A stretch of DNA of 64,000 nt, from the NCBI GenBank assembly GCA_036785375.1, contig JAWMAR010000069.1, positions 6,262,001 to 6,326,000 of the forward strand, in the 5' to 3' direction. Source of the stretch: Leucoraja ocellata (taxonomy: Eukaryota). Below the pieces are notes generated by a model. That model did not search any database and was not told the DNA's origin. It saw only the letters and a list, made by a program, of their open reading frames with translations. Positions within the stretch are counted from its first letter, which is position 1, and each line of letters begins with the position of its first letter. The position numbers and the translations under genes are program-made. Of this stretch, positions 11,586 to 23,581 are shown piece by piece.

Positions 11586-12097
11586 GCCTTGGAGTGACAG
11601 AGGTGACGTCTGCTGTTTAAATAACCTTTTTTTTCTACTGACGTTTTTTTCACCCCGGAGCTATTACCTTCGACTGCCTCCGACCACCTACGATTACCTA
11701 CAACTACCTACGACTAGCAACACGACCTACTACGACCTACCTTACGACCTACCTACGAGTAAAAAGTATCGATTTTTCCATGCCGACCTTTTTTTTAACC
11801 TGTGGACATTTTATTATCAGGCTAGAAAAAACGCTGCGACCTACTTGATGCCAGGAGTACCTACGGCTAGCATCACAACCTGCTACGACCTACCCACGAC
11901 CTATCTACAACCTTGTGGCGACTATGCTGCGAATCTGAGCCAAGGGCAAACACGGCAGGGGTCGTGAATTAGGTCGTTTAAGTGGGACAGCGGCTTTACG
12001 CATAAAGAGTGAAGTGGATATGTTTTATGACAACTTAGTTTGTTCATTGTCACCAATTTATTTAATGTTTATTTATTTAACTGATTTTAAATGTCCA

Positions 12098-12299
12098 TCT
12101 GTGTAGGAAGGAACTGTAGATGCTGGTTTACACTGAAGATGGATACAAAATGCTCGACTAACTCAGCAGGTCAGGCAGCATCTCTGGAAAAAAGAAATAG
12201 ATGATGTTTCTGGTCAAGTCAGGGTGTCAGTCTGAAGAAGGGTCTCGACCCAAAGGTCACGTATTCCTTTTCTCCAGAGATGCTGCCTGAGCTGTAGTC
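12098..12299. mobile_element. Penelope terminal-repeat fold-back with 11-bp TSD
   Basis: ttaaatgtcca (12087-12097) / ttaaatttcca (12300-12310); inverted arms around cagtctgaagaagggtctcgacc. Confidence 0.8.
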
Positions 12300-13329
12300 T
12301 TAAATTTCCAATTGTTAATTTCTCTGTATTAGTAATCATGTTCCATGTATTACCAAACTAGAAGGAAAACCATGATTCTAAATACCCATGTAAATTAATT
12401 GATTACTTTTTACCATTTCAATTTAATAAATACAGGCAGTGAACATAGTTGAGTCAGGTCCATCTGTAATGGTCACTTCAGATTGTATTGCGAGATAATT
12501 ACTCTTTGATTAACATGCCTAGATTTAATAATGAAATGATGTTGACATGAATAAGACACAGTTAGCATTGTCTAAGTCTGACCAGCATTTGCTGATGGCA
12601 GGTATTGCATCATGAGTTTAAACTACAATCTTTTGCCATTTCCTCCTGAAAACTTAATGCAAATTAAATTTAATCCATGAGTGAAAAAATAATGAATTTT
12701 TCGACGGCGATTTATGACATTTGTGGTGCGGACTGATAGTTATATGACATTTATACAATCATACTGCAGAACAATTTTTTACTGTTATTGACAATCAAAT
12801 GATTTCCAGAGATTGATCTGTGGCAGATTTATTTCATATGAGAAATCTTGTACACATGAGGCAACAAAAGCTATAAAATATGTTACAAATTCTATCTGAA
12901 ATGGTCGAAAGATTTCACGTCATCCACAGTTAAAATAATGGAAATGTCTCGTATAAAATGGTTTACTGCATTGTTTAATGACCTATTGAATTGAAGCCTT
13001 CTCAACAAATGCTAATGAACACAAGATCTATCACTGTGCATGCCTCACTCAAATCGTTCGGTGACCTGTTCTTCCCAAGATGCCTTCTTAATTACCTTCA
13101 TATCATTTAACACAAAGCTTTTTATTTTTTCTACATAATTTATCATCCAGACAGACCTGTACAGTTTGCCGTCTTCATGATTTCAAACGGGGAAAAAAAC
13201 AAAAGCCTCAATGAAGATTAGTTTATGACTAACTAGATCCTGCATGAAGTATGGGGCTGTTAAATCAATTCTAAACTTTCAAGTTCACAAGATCTCTTGT
13301 CTCAAGTTCTAGCTTTCTACTTCCCCCAA

Positions 13330-13510
13330 TTATAATAATTCCTCCCTGTCTTATCCTCTCTGCTTCATTTACTAATAGGCTGCTTAAAACCTACCTCTTT
13401 GACTAAGCTTTTGGCCATCCTTCCTAATACATGCTTTTGGGGTTTCGGTATCAGCTGTTGTGTGCTCATATTCCATTTGAACATTTCACACTTTAACAAA
13501 GCTGTACTGA
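13330..13510 (+). mobile_element. Old L2-type LINE 3' fragment
   Basis: ctgcttaaaacctacctctttgac (LLKTYLF), typical of the L2 ORF end. Confidence 0.5.
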
Positions 13511-13639
13511 CACCAGTTGCTGCTGCTGAAGGTTCTGCTTTGGGGACAGACTTGCTCTTCAGAGGTGAGAAGAAACAAACTATTCTCAGCCTATTCAAGA
13601 TTCTACTCGTTAAATGGGGTCCCCTCATTAACTACCTTG

Positions 13640-14195
13640 TTTGTTAACCTTCAGGAGATTTGCCTGCTAAACACAAACTTCCTGACAACAGCCTCCTTCA
13701 TTAACACAGTAGGGAATCCACACACTTGAGAAACAGAACCTAATTTTCCGTTTGAGTATCTTACAACCCAATGGTATGAGGCTACTGACTAACGAACTAA
13801 ACCACACCCCCCACCCCCTTTCTTCCCTGTGCCCCGCCTGGACACGTACCCATTTCTCCCCTTTCCTCATGCCTCAACTATATTCCTTCTTCTGACTTCA
13901 CAATTCCAACCTCCTCTATCCTTGTCTCATACCTTTTGTCCTGTCATCCCTAGCCAGTGTACAATCATCTGCCTATTAAACCAACCCTCCCTCCCTCCGT
14001 CCACCAGGACTCTCCAGGCTTTTATCCTGCCCCTCCTCTCTTCCAGTTTTATCTCCTCCCTCCCTCCACCATAATCAGCCTGAAGAAAGGCCCCATCCTG
14101 AAACATCACCAATCCATATTTTCCAGAGAAGCTGTCCATTTACCCCAGGAAGTTGTTTCTTTTTTTGCAAACAAGCACCTGCAGTTCCTTATCTA
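13640..14195 (+). mobile_element. Penelope-like 3' fragment
   Basis: LEKQNLIFRLSILQPNGM endonuclease tail, C/T-rich tract, cctgaagaaaggccccatcctgaaacatcacc. Confidence 0.8.
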
Positions 14196-14306
14196 CATCT
14201 GAAATATCAGAACATCAATGAACATGAATGATACTTTATTGTCTGATGTTCTTAGGGTACCTCGGAACAATGAAATGCATTGTTTTGCAGACAACCTAGG
14301 CAGCAC

Positions 14307-14340
14307 CAAAGATACTAGAGGAGCTCCTCTGGTATCTTTG
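14307..14340. mobile_element. 34-bp palindromic insert with 8-bp TSD (hAT-like mini-element)
   Basis: caaagatactagaggagctcctctggtatctttg flanked by ggcagcac at 14299-14306 and 14341-14348. Confidence 0.75.
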
Positions 14341-14406
14341 GGCAGCACACAATGTCGCCACGTGTTGGGTGCAGACAAAGTAACAAAGTACCAAATTATC
14401 TTTGTG

Positions 14407-14942
14407 CAGATGCTCCTCGACTTACGATGCTCCGACTTACGATATTTCGACTTTACGATGGTGCCAAAGCAATACACATTCAGTAGAAACCGTACTTCGA
14501 ATTTTGGATTTTGATTCAAAATCCGGAGCGTACATACATTCATCAAGAGTCCAGGATTCAAGGCATGCAAAGACCGTGTAACGCTGCTTTTGGGTGGAAA
14601 TGTTGCAGGGTTCTAATTAAAGCCTTTACTAATCTACCACTTGGAGAACCCTGGAGCATTGAAGAATGTGAGCAAGCATATGCTTCCCGTTTATTATCGC
14701 CATAACATGAAAACCTCGATGAAATTAGCATTGTTTGAAGACTAGTTTCCAAACTGTTTTATTCCGCAGGCAAGAGAATATTGTAGGCAAGCCAACATCC
14801 CATTCAAAATTCTTCTGATCTTGGATAATACTCCAGGCCATCAGCAGCATGTTTGGTAGGTTCGGTGTATTAAATGCATTTTCGACATGATATTTATTGG
14901 CTTTATTGGAACGTAACCCCATCGTAAGTTGAGGAGCACCTG
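14407..14942 (+). mobile_element. Tigger/pogo (Tc1-mariner) deletion derivative, Tigger5/MER47-like termini
   Basis: TIRs cagatgctcctcgacttacgatg / catcgtaagttgaggagcacctg with right-hand TA; transposase PGFKACKDRVTLLLGGNVAG..KPLLIY..ENP.ALK...KILLILDNTPGH with stops. Confidence 0.92.
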
Positions 14943-16544
14943 TACTGGGAAAGGCCTAGCTCCTAGAACTGTCATTGATCAAGTACAGTAACTTGTGTCT
15001 ATTGCAGTTCTCACTGAAAGATCAAGATTATTTATTTTCAGAGCCATTTCACTTGTTATGTCTAAAATGTTTAATAAGATCAGATATACAGTAGCTTGAT
15101 ATGAAAAACCCAATACAAGATTACAATGTTATTCACTTTTCTTTTCAACTCTGCAGTATTTTCTAAAAATAATAAATCCAGGGAACTTTATGACAGAGGA
15201 TGAAGCCACTCGGCCCATCTGGCTTGTGCAAGCAAGTCAAAAGATGTGCCAATTAGTTCCATAATTTTTATCAGTCTCTGGAATCTCTTTTTCAAGTATT
15301 ATATAATGTACTTTTTTGAAATTAACGTTGAATTTACAGCTCATCCAGATAACTGTCTGAACACATGCCCAATAAAACAAGCTCCTGCAAAAAGCAATCG
15401 ATTTTATTGTCAGCTAACCCACCACCCAAGATGTTTATCCCCCCTCCCACTGTTGCTGCAGTGGGTGCCATCTACAAAATGCACTTAAAAAGTTAGCCAG
15501 GCACAATTGATGGGATAAATCCTAATCATTTCCATTTCTGAGATGTGCATTCAATATTTTGTTAGAAGGAGTAGAGAGGAAGGATTGAACCATGGCAGAT
15601 AATAAATGAAGAAGTCATTGGAATAACTTGACTACTAGTTGTTGTTGTGGAGTTGCTGATGGTGTTGGGACATGGAGATGAGAATCTGACAGATTTTAAT
15701 AGCTTCAATTAATTGCAGCATATTTCCAGCTCGGCGGGTTTATAATCCAGCATCTCCATCACAATGATTTATAGAGCAATTTGCTTCTAAACTTGCAAAC
15801 TATCTCTTCCTAAAATAGGTTCTTCAATTTAAGTCGCACCAGCCTTGTGGAAACATCACTTTTAAAAAAAAATCTATACATTCGTTAAAACTTTCTTTCA
15901 TTTGCTGAAAATAATGAACCTGGAGATAACTAAATTAGCTTGACGATTACTTGAATGGTTATACCTGCCCCAAGACTGGAGTTAGGGTGCTAATTTTGCA
16001 AGGTAAAATAACACGTATCCTATCAAAACAGAAAAAAAAAAACTTGAATTTACAACATTGAGACATGGAAGTGCATAACAGTCTAATTTTAACTTTCTAA
16101 CTCCTGTCAATCTGCTCATATTTAGTTGCCTGATGAATTAGTGTTCAAATCAGATTATTTAATGATTTGGTAACATCATAGATCAAAAATCCAATGCATA
16201 TCTGAAAGATTTTTGGGAGCTATGAGTGTTGAATTAGTTTCATTTTTATTGTCTAATACATGTGAGCTCATTTTGTAGCATGCTCTGTTTGGAGCCATAT
16301 TTATTTTTTCTCATATTATCTTACCAAATAGAACAAGACCATTTGGCCCATCTAGTCTAGGCCAGTTCCCTGAACATTCCCATCAGCCCTATTCTCCCAC
16401 TTATGTCCCTGTAAACCATTTCTCCTACAAACTCCTCCAACTTGACTGTCCTGTCATCTAGATTGAGGCAATTTACAGGATCTCATCCTGTCTTTGTGAT
16501 ACAAAAAGGAACCTACATTGAAGGATACCTACATGATAATTCTC

Positions 16545-16880
16545 AATGCTCTTGCCCTGCAAGATGCATTCTCAGTCCCCTATTATACATACATGACTGT
16601 ATGGCCAAATTCAGTTCTAACCCCATCTCCAAGTTTGCAGATAACACTGCTGTGGTGGGTCGAACCGTGAACAGTGATGGAATGGAGTACAGGAATGAGA
16701 TAGGGACATAATGACATGATGTCTGGACATTAACCGCTCCCTCAATGTCTGCAAGACAAAGGAGCTAGTTATCGATTTCAGAAGGCATAGTGGAGTACAT
16801 GCCTCAATCGGCATCAATAGTGCAGCAGTAGAAATAGTTGAGTGCTTCAATTCTTTGGAGCTCGAAGTTCTCAACCATTA
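16545..16880 (+). mobile_element. Rex1/Babar LINE RT core fragment
   Basis: CILSPLLY.HDCMAKFSSNPISKFADNTAVVGR...LNVCKTKELVIDFRR. Confidence 0.85.
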
Positions 16881-16919
16881 TTACCAATGGTCTGTTGTGG
16901 ATAGTACCACCAGCAATGA

Positions 16920-17178
16920 TAGTTTAGTTTAGCGATACAACGCGGAAACAGGTACTTCAGCCCATTGAGTCTGCACTGACCAGCAATCCCCAACCATTAA
17001 CACTATCCTACACACACTAGGGACAACATTTATACCAAGCCAATTAACCTACAAACCTGATGTCTTTGGAGTGTGAGAGGAAATCAAGGATCTCGGAGAA
17101 AACCCACACGGTCAGGTGGGCCGAAGGGCCTGTCCCCGTGCTGTGTCTCTAAACTAAACTAAACTAAACTAAACTAAA
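16920..17178. mobile_element. HE1 SINE minus copy fused head-to-head to a plus-strand HE1 tail
   Basis: Minus copy 16920-17113, then gtgggccgaagggcctg...ctctaaactaaactaaact (17114-17178). Confidence 0.85.
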
Positions 17179-17269
17179 TAATAAAAAATGGGATAAGCAT
17201 AGGATTCATGTTACTGGGTACTTAATATTCAGCACAGTGGACCAAAGGACTTGTTTCAATACTGTATGA

Positions 17270-17597
17270 TTGATTGATTGATTGAAAGATACGGCATGGA
17301 GCTAAGCCCATTAGCCCACCATGTCCACACCAACCACTGATCACCTCTTCATGTTCTATGTTATTCCGTTTTCACATTCACTCCGTACACACTAGGGGAA
17401 ATTTGCAAACCTACAAATTTAAAACTTACAAACCCACACTTTATGACATGGGAGGAAACCTGAGCACCTAGATGAAACCCATCGATCACAGGAAAAACGT
17501 ATAAACTCCACACAAACAGCACCTAAGGTCTGGATTGAACAAGGGATCCTGGCACTTTAAGGCAACAGCTCTACCCATTGCAGCACCATGCCACCCG
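17270..17597 (-). mobile_element. HE1-type V-SINE
   Basis: (tgat)n tail, V-domain, head ending ggcaacagctctacc...ccatgccaccc. Confidence 0.8.
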
Positions 17598-18549
17598 TAT
17601 GATTCTTTGACTGTGACTCCAAGCTATAGTCGTAAAGCTCAACAAAGTTGGCATGAAGCTATACCAACTACAGTCTTGAGCTGTAGTTATAGTTCCTGGC
17701 TGGAGAAGAACAATGTATCAAACAGGGATTGCATTCTGTCCTGTATTGGTTAAGCCATCTTGACACTATGTGGTAGAGCACGCCACACTCTCCAGACACA
17801 ACACAGACACACTAATGAACACTGAAAGTGCTACCGACACTAATTCCTGACATAATGTAGCTGACATTGTGACTTGCTGACCTTTCAATACCTTTTTACC
17901 TCAACAGTGAGTTAATCTCTCCACTGACAAAGCAACCATGAAGGCATCCAGGAAATTCTGATTTGAACCCAGGTCAGTCTTCCTGAGGGATTACATGGCG
18001 TTGCTTCGGAAGTAGGTCACCCGCTGCAGCTAGATAGAGTTATGACTGGTACAATGCTGTGACTGGAAGTGATTTGCAGTGACTGATTTCTTCAAGCACA
18101 CATGTAAAATCACAGGCATTAATTTCTGGCAGGTATGCTCCGCCAAGGGTATCTGCCAGGAACATCTACTCATTCCCCATTCATGAAACGCTCAAACAAT
18201 AGATATGGCAACGTTAACATGTAATTTCAGCAGGTTGTTCAATGTGAACACGATGGTTACGATTCTCAGTATTTGATGTGTTCTGGTCTGAGATGACAGA
18301 TTCAAATTTTCTTTGCTGAGATTAATACAAAGGTGACATTATGATACAGAGGTGGCTATCTGTTCACATTACACTCTTGCTGTTCCAGTTTCAGTTTGAG
18401 AGATGAAGCAATTTTTTTGAGATTGTAATAATAGAGTCCTGGTACGTAAATGATCACTTCATCAAATTTAGCGTTACTTTCCAGAACCATACTATCTCTC
18501 TCTGTAGTGCATCTTTGAGGAGATTAGTCATGTCTGACTGCTGCCTATA

Positions 18550-18770
18550 TTTAGACTTTAGACTACCGAGATACAGTGTGGAAACACGCCCTTTGGCCCA
18601 TCGAGTCCGTGCCGATCAGCAAACACCCCTACATCAGCACTATCCTACAACCTAAAACTACAACCCAAAATATCACCTATCCGTGTACACCAGGGATGCT
18701 GCCTGACCCGTTGAGTTACTCTGGTATTTTGTGTCTTTCCTTGGTAAACCAGCAAGTTCCTGCACAAGAA
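18550..18770. mobile_element. HE1 tail (minus) joined to Penelope mini-repeat (plus)
   Basis: gtggaaacacgccctttggccc... then atcacctatcc...gatgctgcctgacccgttgagttactc. Confidence 0.75.
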
Positions 18771-18774
18771 CAAA

Positions 18775-19075
18775 TTAGTTTAGTTTAGTTTAGAGATACA
18801 GCGCGGATAAAACCTCCTTGGCCCACCGAGTCCGTGCCGACCAGCGATCCCCATACATTAACACTACAATACACACACTAGGGGCAATTTACAATTATAC
18901 CCAAGCCAATCAACTGACAAACCTGCACGTCCTTGGGAGGAAACCGGAGCACCCAGGGAAAACCCATGTGGTCACAGGGAGAACGTAAAACTCCGTACAG
19001 ACAAGCACCCGTGGTCAGGATCGAACCGCTCGCTGTAAGGCAGCAACTCCAGCATTGAGCCACCGTGTCACCCTT
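18775..19075 (-). mobile_element. HE1-type V-SINE (full length)
   Basis: (ttag)n tail through caggatcgaacc...ggcagcaactc...ccaccgtgtcaccc. Confidence 0.9.
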
Positions 19076-19664
19076 AATTGAGATTAATATAATTTTAGAT
19101 CAGTAACTAATGATCGTTACTCCCCTAGCCCTTATACCCTCTCCTATTGACCATTTGATTTAGTGCATTGTAAACAAAAGTGCAGTTCAGAGAAGGATTG
19201 ACTGTTCTAAAAGGCGATTTAATTCTGTCATTTATCATAAGAAGTGGCAAGATGCAGCATTTTATTTGCTGCGAGCATAGAAAAAATTAACATCATTAAC
19301 GCCCTCAGACTAAAGATATTTTTAATGCACTTGTCTGGGATAAATTTGAATGCTAGAAAGATGCTCTGAACTCCTGAAATTCTTCAGATCTTTTATTTTA
19401 GCAGTGCTAATGTATTCAGAATCAATTTCCCTTACAGCTTTCTAATTTTAAAGATTTGCACGTGTTTTTGAGTGGAAGCAAGATTCTCTAATTATACCTT
19501 AGAGCTAAAGAGATGCAGTTTGAGAGATCATTATTACTATTCAAGCTGTGATATAAATATGCACTTTAGACATGATACCACTGATAACTAGAATCAAGAC
19601 TGTAAACCTATCATTGAGAGAATGTAAAGATTGTTATTTTAATGTCCAAGTGTCTCTTTAATAG

Positions 19665-20105
19665 GCTAGCACAGCAAAATGGTACAAGCAGTAGAGTTGC
19701 CACCTCACCGCTCGAGCCATCCAGGTTCAGTCCTAATGCTCTGGTGCTGTCTGTGTGGAGTTTGCATGTTCTCTCTGTGGGTTTCCTCAGGGTTTCCTCC
19801 CACATCCCAAATATGTGCAGGCTGATGGGTTCATTGGTCACTTAAACTTAGCCCAATGTGATGGAGAGAGGTGGAATTTTGAGTTTAGTTTGAGTCTAGT
19901 TTATTGCCAAGTGCACAGAAGTAGAGTGACGTGCTAACCAGTCAGCGGGAAGACAATACGTGATTCCATTCGAGCCGTCCTGGGGATAATTGATGGGAAT
20001 GCGGGTAGAAAAATGTAATATTTTATGGTACATTTGTCATATAGTGTCATCTTTGGCACAGACATGGTGGGCTGAGGAGTCAGTTTCCATACCATGTTAC
20101 TCTAT
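19665..20105 (+). mobile_element. Degenerate HE1 SINE interrupted by Rex1-type tail (about 19880-19985, minus)
   Basis: V-domain gtctgtgtggagtttgcatgttctc; tail ggtgggctgaggagtcagtttcc. Confidence 0.7.
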
Positions 20106-20499
20106 GATACAGAGGTGGTTTATGTATCCCTGCTGGTGTTAACTTCTCTGATAATTTATGATCATTTTAATCACCAGCTGCCTTTAACACGTTGGGCCCT
20201 CAAATAATTTTTGTCGCGGTTTGAATACTTAAATATCATATATTTCTTCAGGACATTTATACATTTGCCATGGTCCCTGGCGGCTTAACTACCACAATAC
20301 AATCACAAAAGGGACTCTAGATCCAAGCCAGGTTATAAAGTATTGAACGGCAATCCCATCAAATTGCAAATCACAATCTAATTATCCCCACTGGTCAGAT
20401 TACTCTGCTGCAGGGCATAAGCCGTTCTTTTATTGAATATTGAGGTTTGCCAGTTATACTGTACAGGGCAATGATATGCTTCTGTTAATGAGAGGCATG

Positions 20500-20800
20500 G
20501 TACAGATTGTAAACACAGTTTATACTTTTTACAATGGATTGCAGTCCATCATGTTTACTGACTTCCCCACCTTCAAAGGAATCTACAAGAGTTGCTTTTT
20601 CAAAAAGGCAGCCCGCATCATCAGAGACCCACACCAGACTGACCACACTTTTCTTTCACTCCCACCATCAGGAACACAGTGTAGGAGCCTGAAAACTGTA
20701 ATGAACAGGTTCTCAAGCAGCTTCTTCCCCACAACCATCAGGCTATGAAATGCTACAACCTTCAAATGAGCTCTGAACTACATAGATTTGGTGTCATTAT
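20500..20800 (+). mobile_element. Rex1/Babar LINE 3' coding fragment
   Basis: KKAARIIRDPHQTDHTFLSLPPSGTQCRSLKTVMNRFSSSFFPTTIRL. Confidence 0.85.
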
Positions 20801-20894
20801 TTTTGTCTTTGCATTATTATTAATTATTGTTCTAGGGGGAATTATTGTTCCATTAATCATTAATCTAGTGATGGTATTGATAACCTCACTATCC

Positions 20895-20896
<2 letters not shown>

Positions 20897-20940
<44 letters not shown>

Positions 20941-20942
20941 TA
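20897..20942. repeat. (TA)n(CA)n microsatellite
   Basis: Direct reading. Confidence 0.95.
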
Positions 20943-21024
20943 ATATATACTCACATAATATTACTTTTTTGTTATTTATTATGGTGTTTTGGTGTTTATA
21001 GAGTACCATGTTCACATCTCTGTG

Positions 21025-21155
21025 GAGAAAAGAACTGCAGATGCTAGCATATACCGAAGATAAGCACAAAGTGCTGGAGTAACTCAGTGAGTCAGGCAGC
21101 AACTCTGGAGAAAAAGGATGGGTGATGTTTCAGGTCGGGACCCTTCTTCAGACTG
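21025..21155 (-). mobile_element. Penelope-derived mini-element
   Basis: gaactgcagatgct...gtgatgtttcaggtcgggacccttcttcagactga. Confidence 0.85.
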
Positions 21156-21554
21156 AGTTCTCAGCTCAACTACAGCCCGAAGCCTCCATGCTGCAGGCTC
21201 CTATGCCTCGTCGTCAATGTTTACATATCTGTGTGCGTCTGCAAGTGAGAATTTCATTGCCCTGTTTCAGGACTAATTACCCCAAAACACTCTTGACTCG
21301 TACACGTGAGAAGTCAAGGATTTAGTGAGAGTAACAGGAAAGCATAGCTTCCTTTTGCATTTAATACTCACAGTTTTTGAGGGAGTATTTGGGGATGGCA
21401 TTGATAAACCACTATCCATTTGGAACACATGATGAACGGTGAATGATGAATGGTGGAAGGAGTGCACCAGCTCACTAATTGTTCTTGCACCTTCCCTGAC
21501 AGTGGATTCCTAAGGTGGTCTCATCAGCCATTCCAGAGAGAACAAAGTCATCAA

Positions 21555-21848
21555 GTAACCCTTGCTTTCCCTCTCTCCATCCCGTCCCCTTCCCGGTTCT
21601 CCAACCAGTGTCAGTCTACATTTTCCTTTATCTCTGTTTGCTTTGTTGTTACCTACTCCCAACTCACAATGATCTATTCTACATTTTCCTTGATCTCTAT
21701 TCCCTTTGCCCTGTTTTCACACCTTCACACTTCCTTATCTATCTATCTCCCTCCTCTGAAAAAGGATCTCGACCCAAAACATCTGCCATTCCTTCTCTCC
21801 AGAGATGCTGACTGTCCCACTGAGTTACTCCAGCATTTTGTGTCTCTC
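21555..21848 (+). mobile_element. Penelope terminal repeat
   Basis: Starts caagtaacccttgc (endonuclease stop), C/T-rich, ctgaaaaaggatctcgacccaaaacatc; reverse-complement similarity to 23582-23900. Confidence 0.85.
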
Positions 21849-22059
21849 CTCGCTCTCGAGGAGTTGGTTAAAGAGAAGGCTTTGTGCAAGGTTGTGGCAG
21901 CTGATTTAAGAAGCATTCAAAATCTTGCAGTGCGTGAATTCACAAGGAATCAGTCCTCTTGCCCCCACCCGAAATAATGTCTGAAAAAGGGCCTTGAGGG
22001 TTCCCGACCTAAATGTCACTTTAGAAATGTTGCCTGACCCACTGAGTTACTCCAGTATT

Positions 22060-22310
22060 AAGTGTTAATCCTATTAAATCTTTCACCTCTCACGTTAAAC
22101 CTTTGTCCTCTAGTTCTCGATTTCCCTACCCTGGGCTAAAGTCTCTGTCCATTCGCCCTATCTATTCCCCTCAAGATAGTATATGCCTCTATTAGATCGC
22201 CCGTCAGCCTCTTGCACTCCAAGGACTAAAGTGATAGCCCCTGCATATAATTCAGGACCTCGCGTTCTGATAACAGCCTCATAAATCTTCTCTGCACCCT
22301 TTCCAGCGTA
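22060..22310 (-). mobile_element. CR1 LINE fragment
   Basis: ccctatctattcccctc...ataaatcttctctgcaccctttccagc is the reverse complement of CR1 LERVQRRF. Confidence 0.8.
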
Positions 22311-22719
22311 GAGGCAAAGTAGTGGGAGTCATTAAACATTTCCACCAATGTGCTAGCAGTAGGTCGATGGGCTGAACAGCCTCCTCCTTGGCTTCGTTTA
22401 CTACCCTCCTTTTCACAACCATGCGTTCTGTATTATTGGTTTAGTTGCACACTGACATTCCCTCAAAATAAATAAGTATAACGATTGGTAATCCATACTT
22501 TAATTGCCGCTTAATGTTGCCACTTTGAATGTTCAATGCCAATTATTGACGTGATTCTCCACTCAATTTTGAAAGCTATTTAAAGCATTAAATTGTCAAC
22601 GAATATGAAGAGGAATTGGAATAAGTGGTGTCTGCCGAAGAAAATAAATGTGATTTTGAACATTCGTTGCCTCCATTTATTGATTCAGTAAACTAAAATA
22701 AGCAAATCTGCAAAGTATG

Positions 22720-23180
22720 TCAGGAGACACAAGGAACTGCAGATGCTGATTTACGAAAAAAAAAGAAGCGCAAAGTGTTGGAGTAACTCAGTGAGAGGCA
22801 GAATCTCTGGAGGACGTGGATAGGTAACATTTTGAGTTGGGACTTCTTCAATCCGATTGTAATAGGTGGGGTGGGGTGAGAAATCTGGAAAAAAGAGGTG
22901 GAGGCAAGATAAAGCCTGGGGGGGGGGTGGTATTCGCAGATGGGTGGACCAAGGCTGAAGATGAAGAGACAAAGGGTGTAAGATAAGGAGAGAAGAAGTG
23001 TGAAATGTGAAGCCAGAGGAGGGGATACAGGTCGGAGGGGTGGAGGAAGGGGGGGGGGAGAAAAATTGGGTGGGGAGAAAAAGTGGGATAAAATAGTGTA
23101 CACCCAGATTTGGCACAAGAAAGAAAGTGGGTTGGAAAAGAATGGGATTAGTTATCTAAAATTGGAAAATTCAATGTTTA
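22720..23180 (-). mobile_element. Penelope terminal repeat
   Basis: PLE repeat end plus G-rich tract ending attggaaaattcaatgtt (NIEF.N). Confidence 0.75.
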
Positions 23181-23234
23181 AATTCAGGTATGTTAGTAGT
23201 TTGATGAAGTTCCCGCACTGCTTGAAGGAGTACA

Positions 23235-23552
23235 CTTTAGTCTTTGGACTTTAGACAAAAGCACAGAAAAAGGCTCTTTAGCTCACCGAGTCGATCACCC
23301 TGTACACCAGCGACCAGCAATCACCCTGTACACACACACTAACCTATACACTCGGCACAATTTATAATTTTATCCCTACAAACCCATATATCTTTGGAGT
23401 GTGGGAGGAAACCGGAGCACACGGACAAAATCCTTGCAGTCACAGAGAGAATGTACAAATACCATGCAGATAGCACGCATAGTCAGGATTGAACCCAGGT
23501 GACTGGTGCTGCAAGGCAGCTGCTGAACTGCTGCGCCACTGTGCCACCCCTG
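23235..23552 (-). mobile_element. HE1-type V-SINE
   Basis: V-domain and head reverse complement. Confidence 0.9.
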
Positions 23553-23581
23553 TACAGTTCCAACAACATTCAAAACACGCT

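Larger units (their letters stand above)
10733..11995. mobile_element. Internally deleted PIF/Harbinger DNA transposon
   Basis: About 40-bp imperfect TIRs agcacctgtcccactt.../...aagtgggacagcggct; TTA TSD at 10730-10732 and 11996-11998; subterminal (t)acgacct arrays. Confidence 0.92.
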
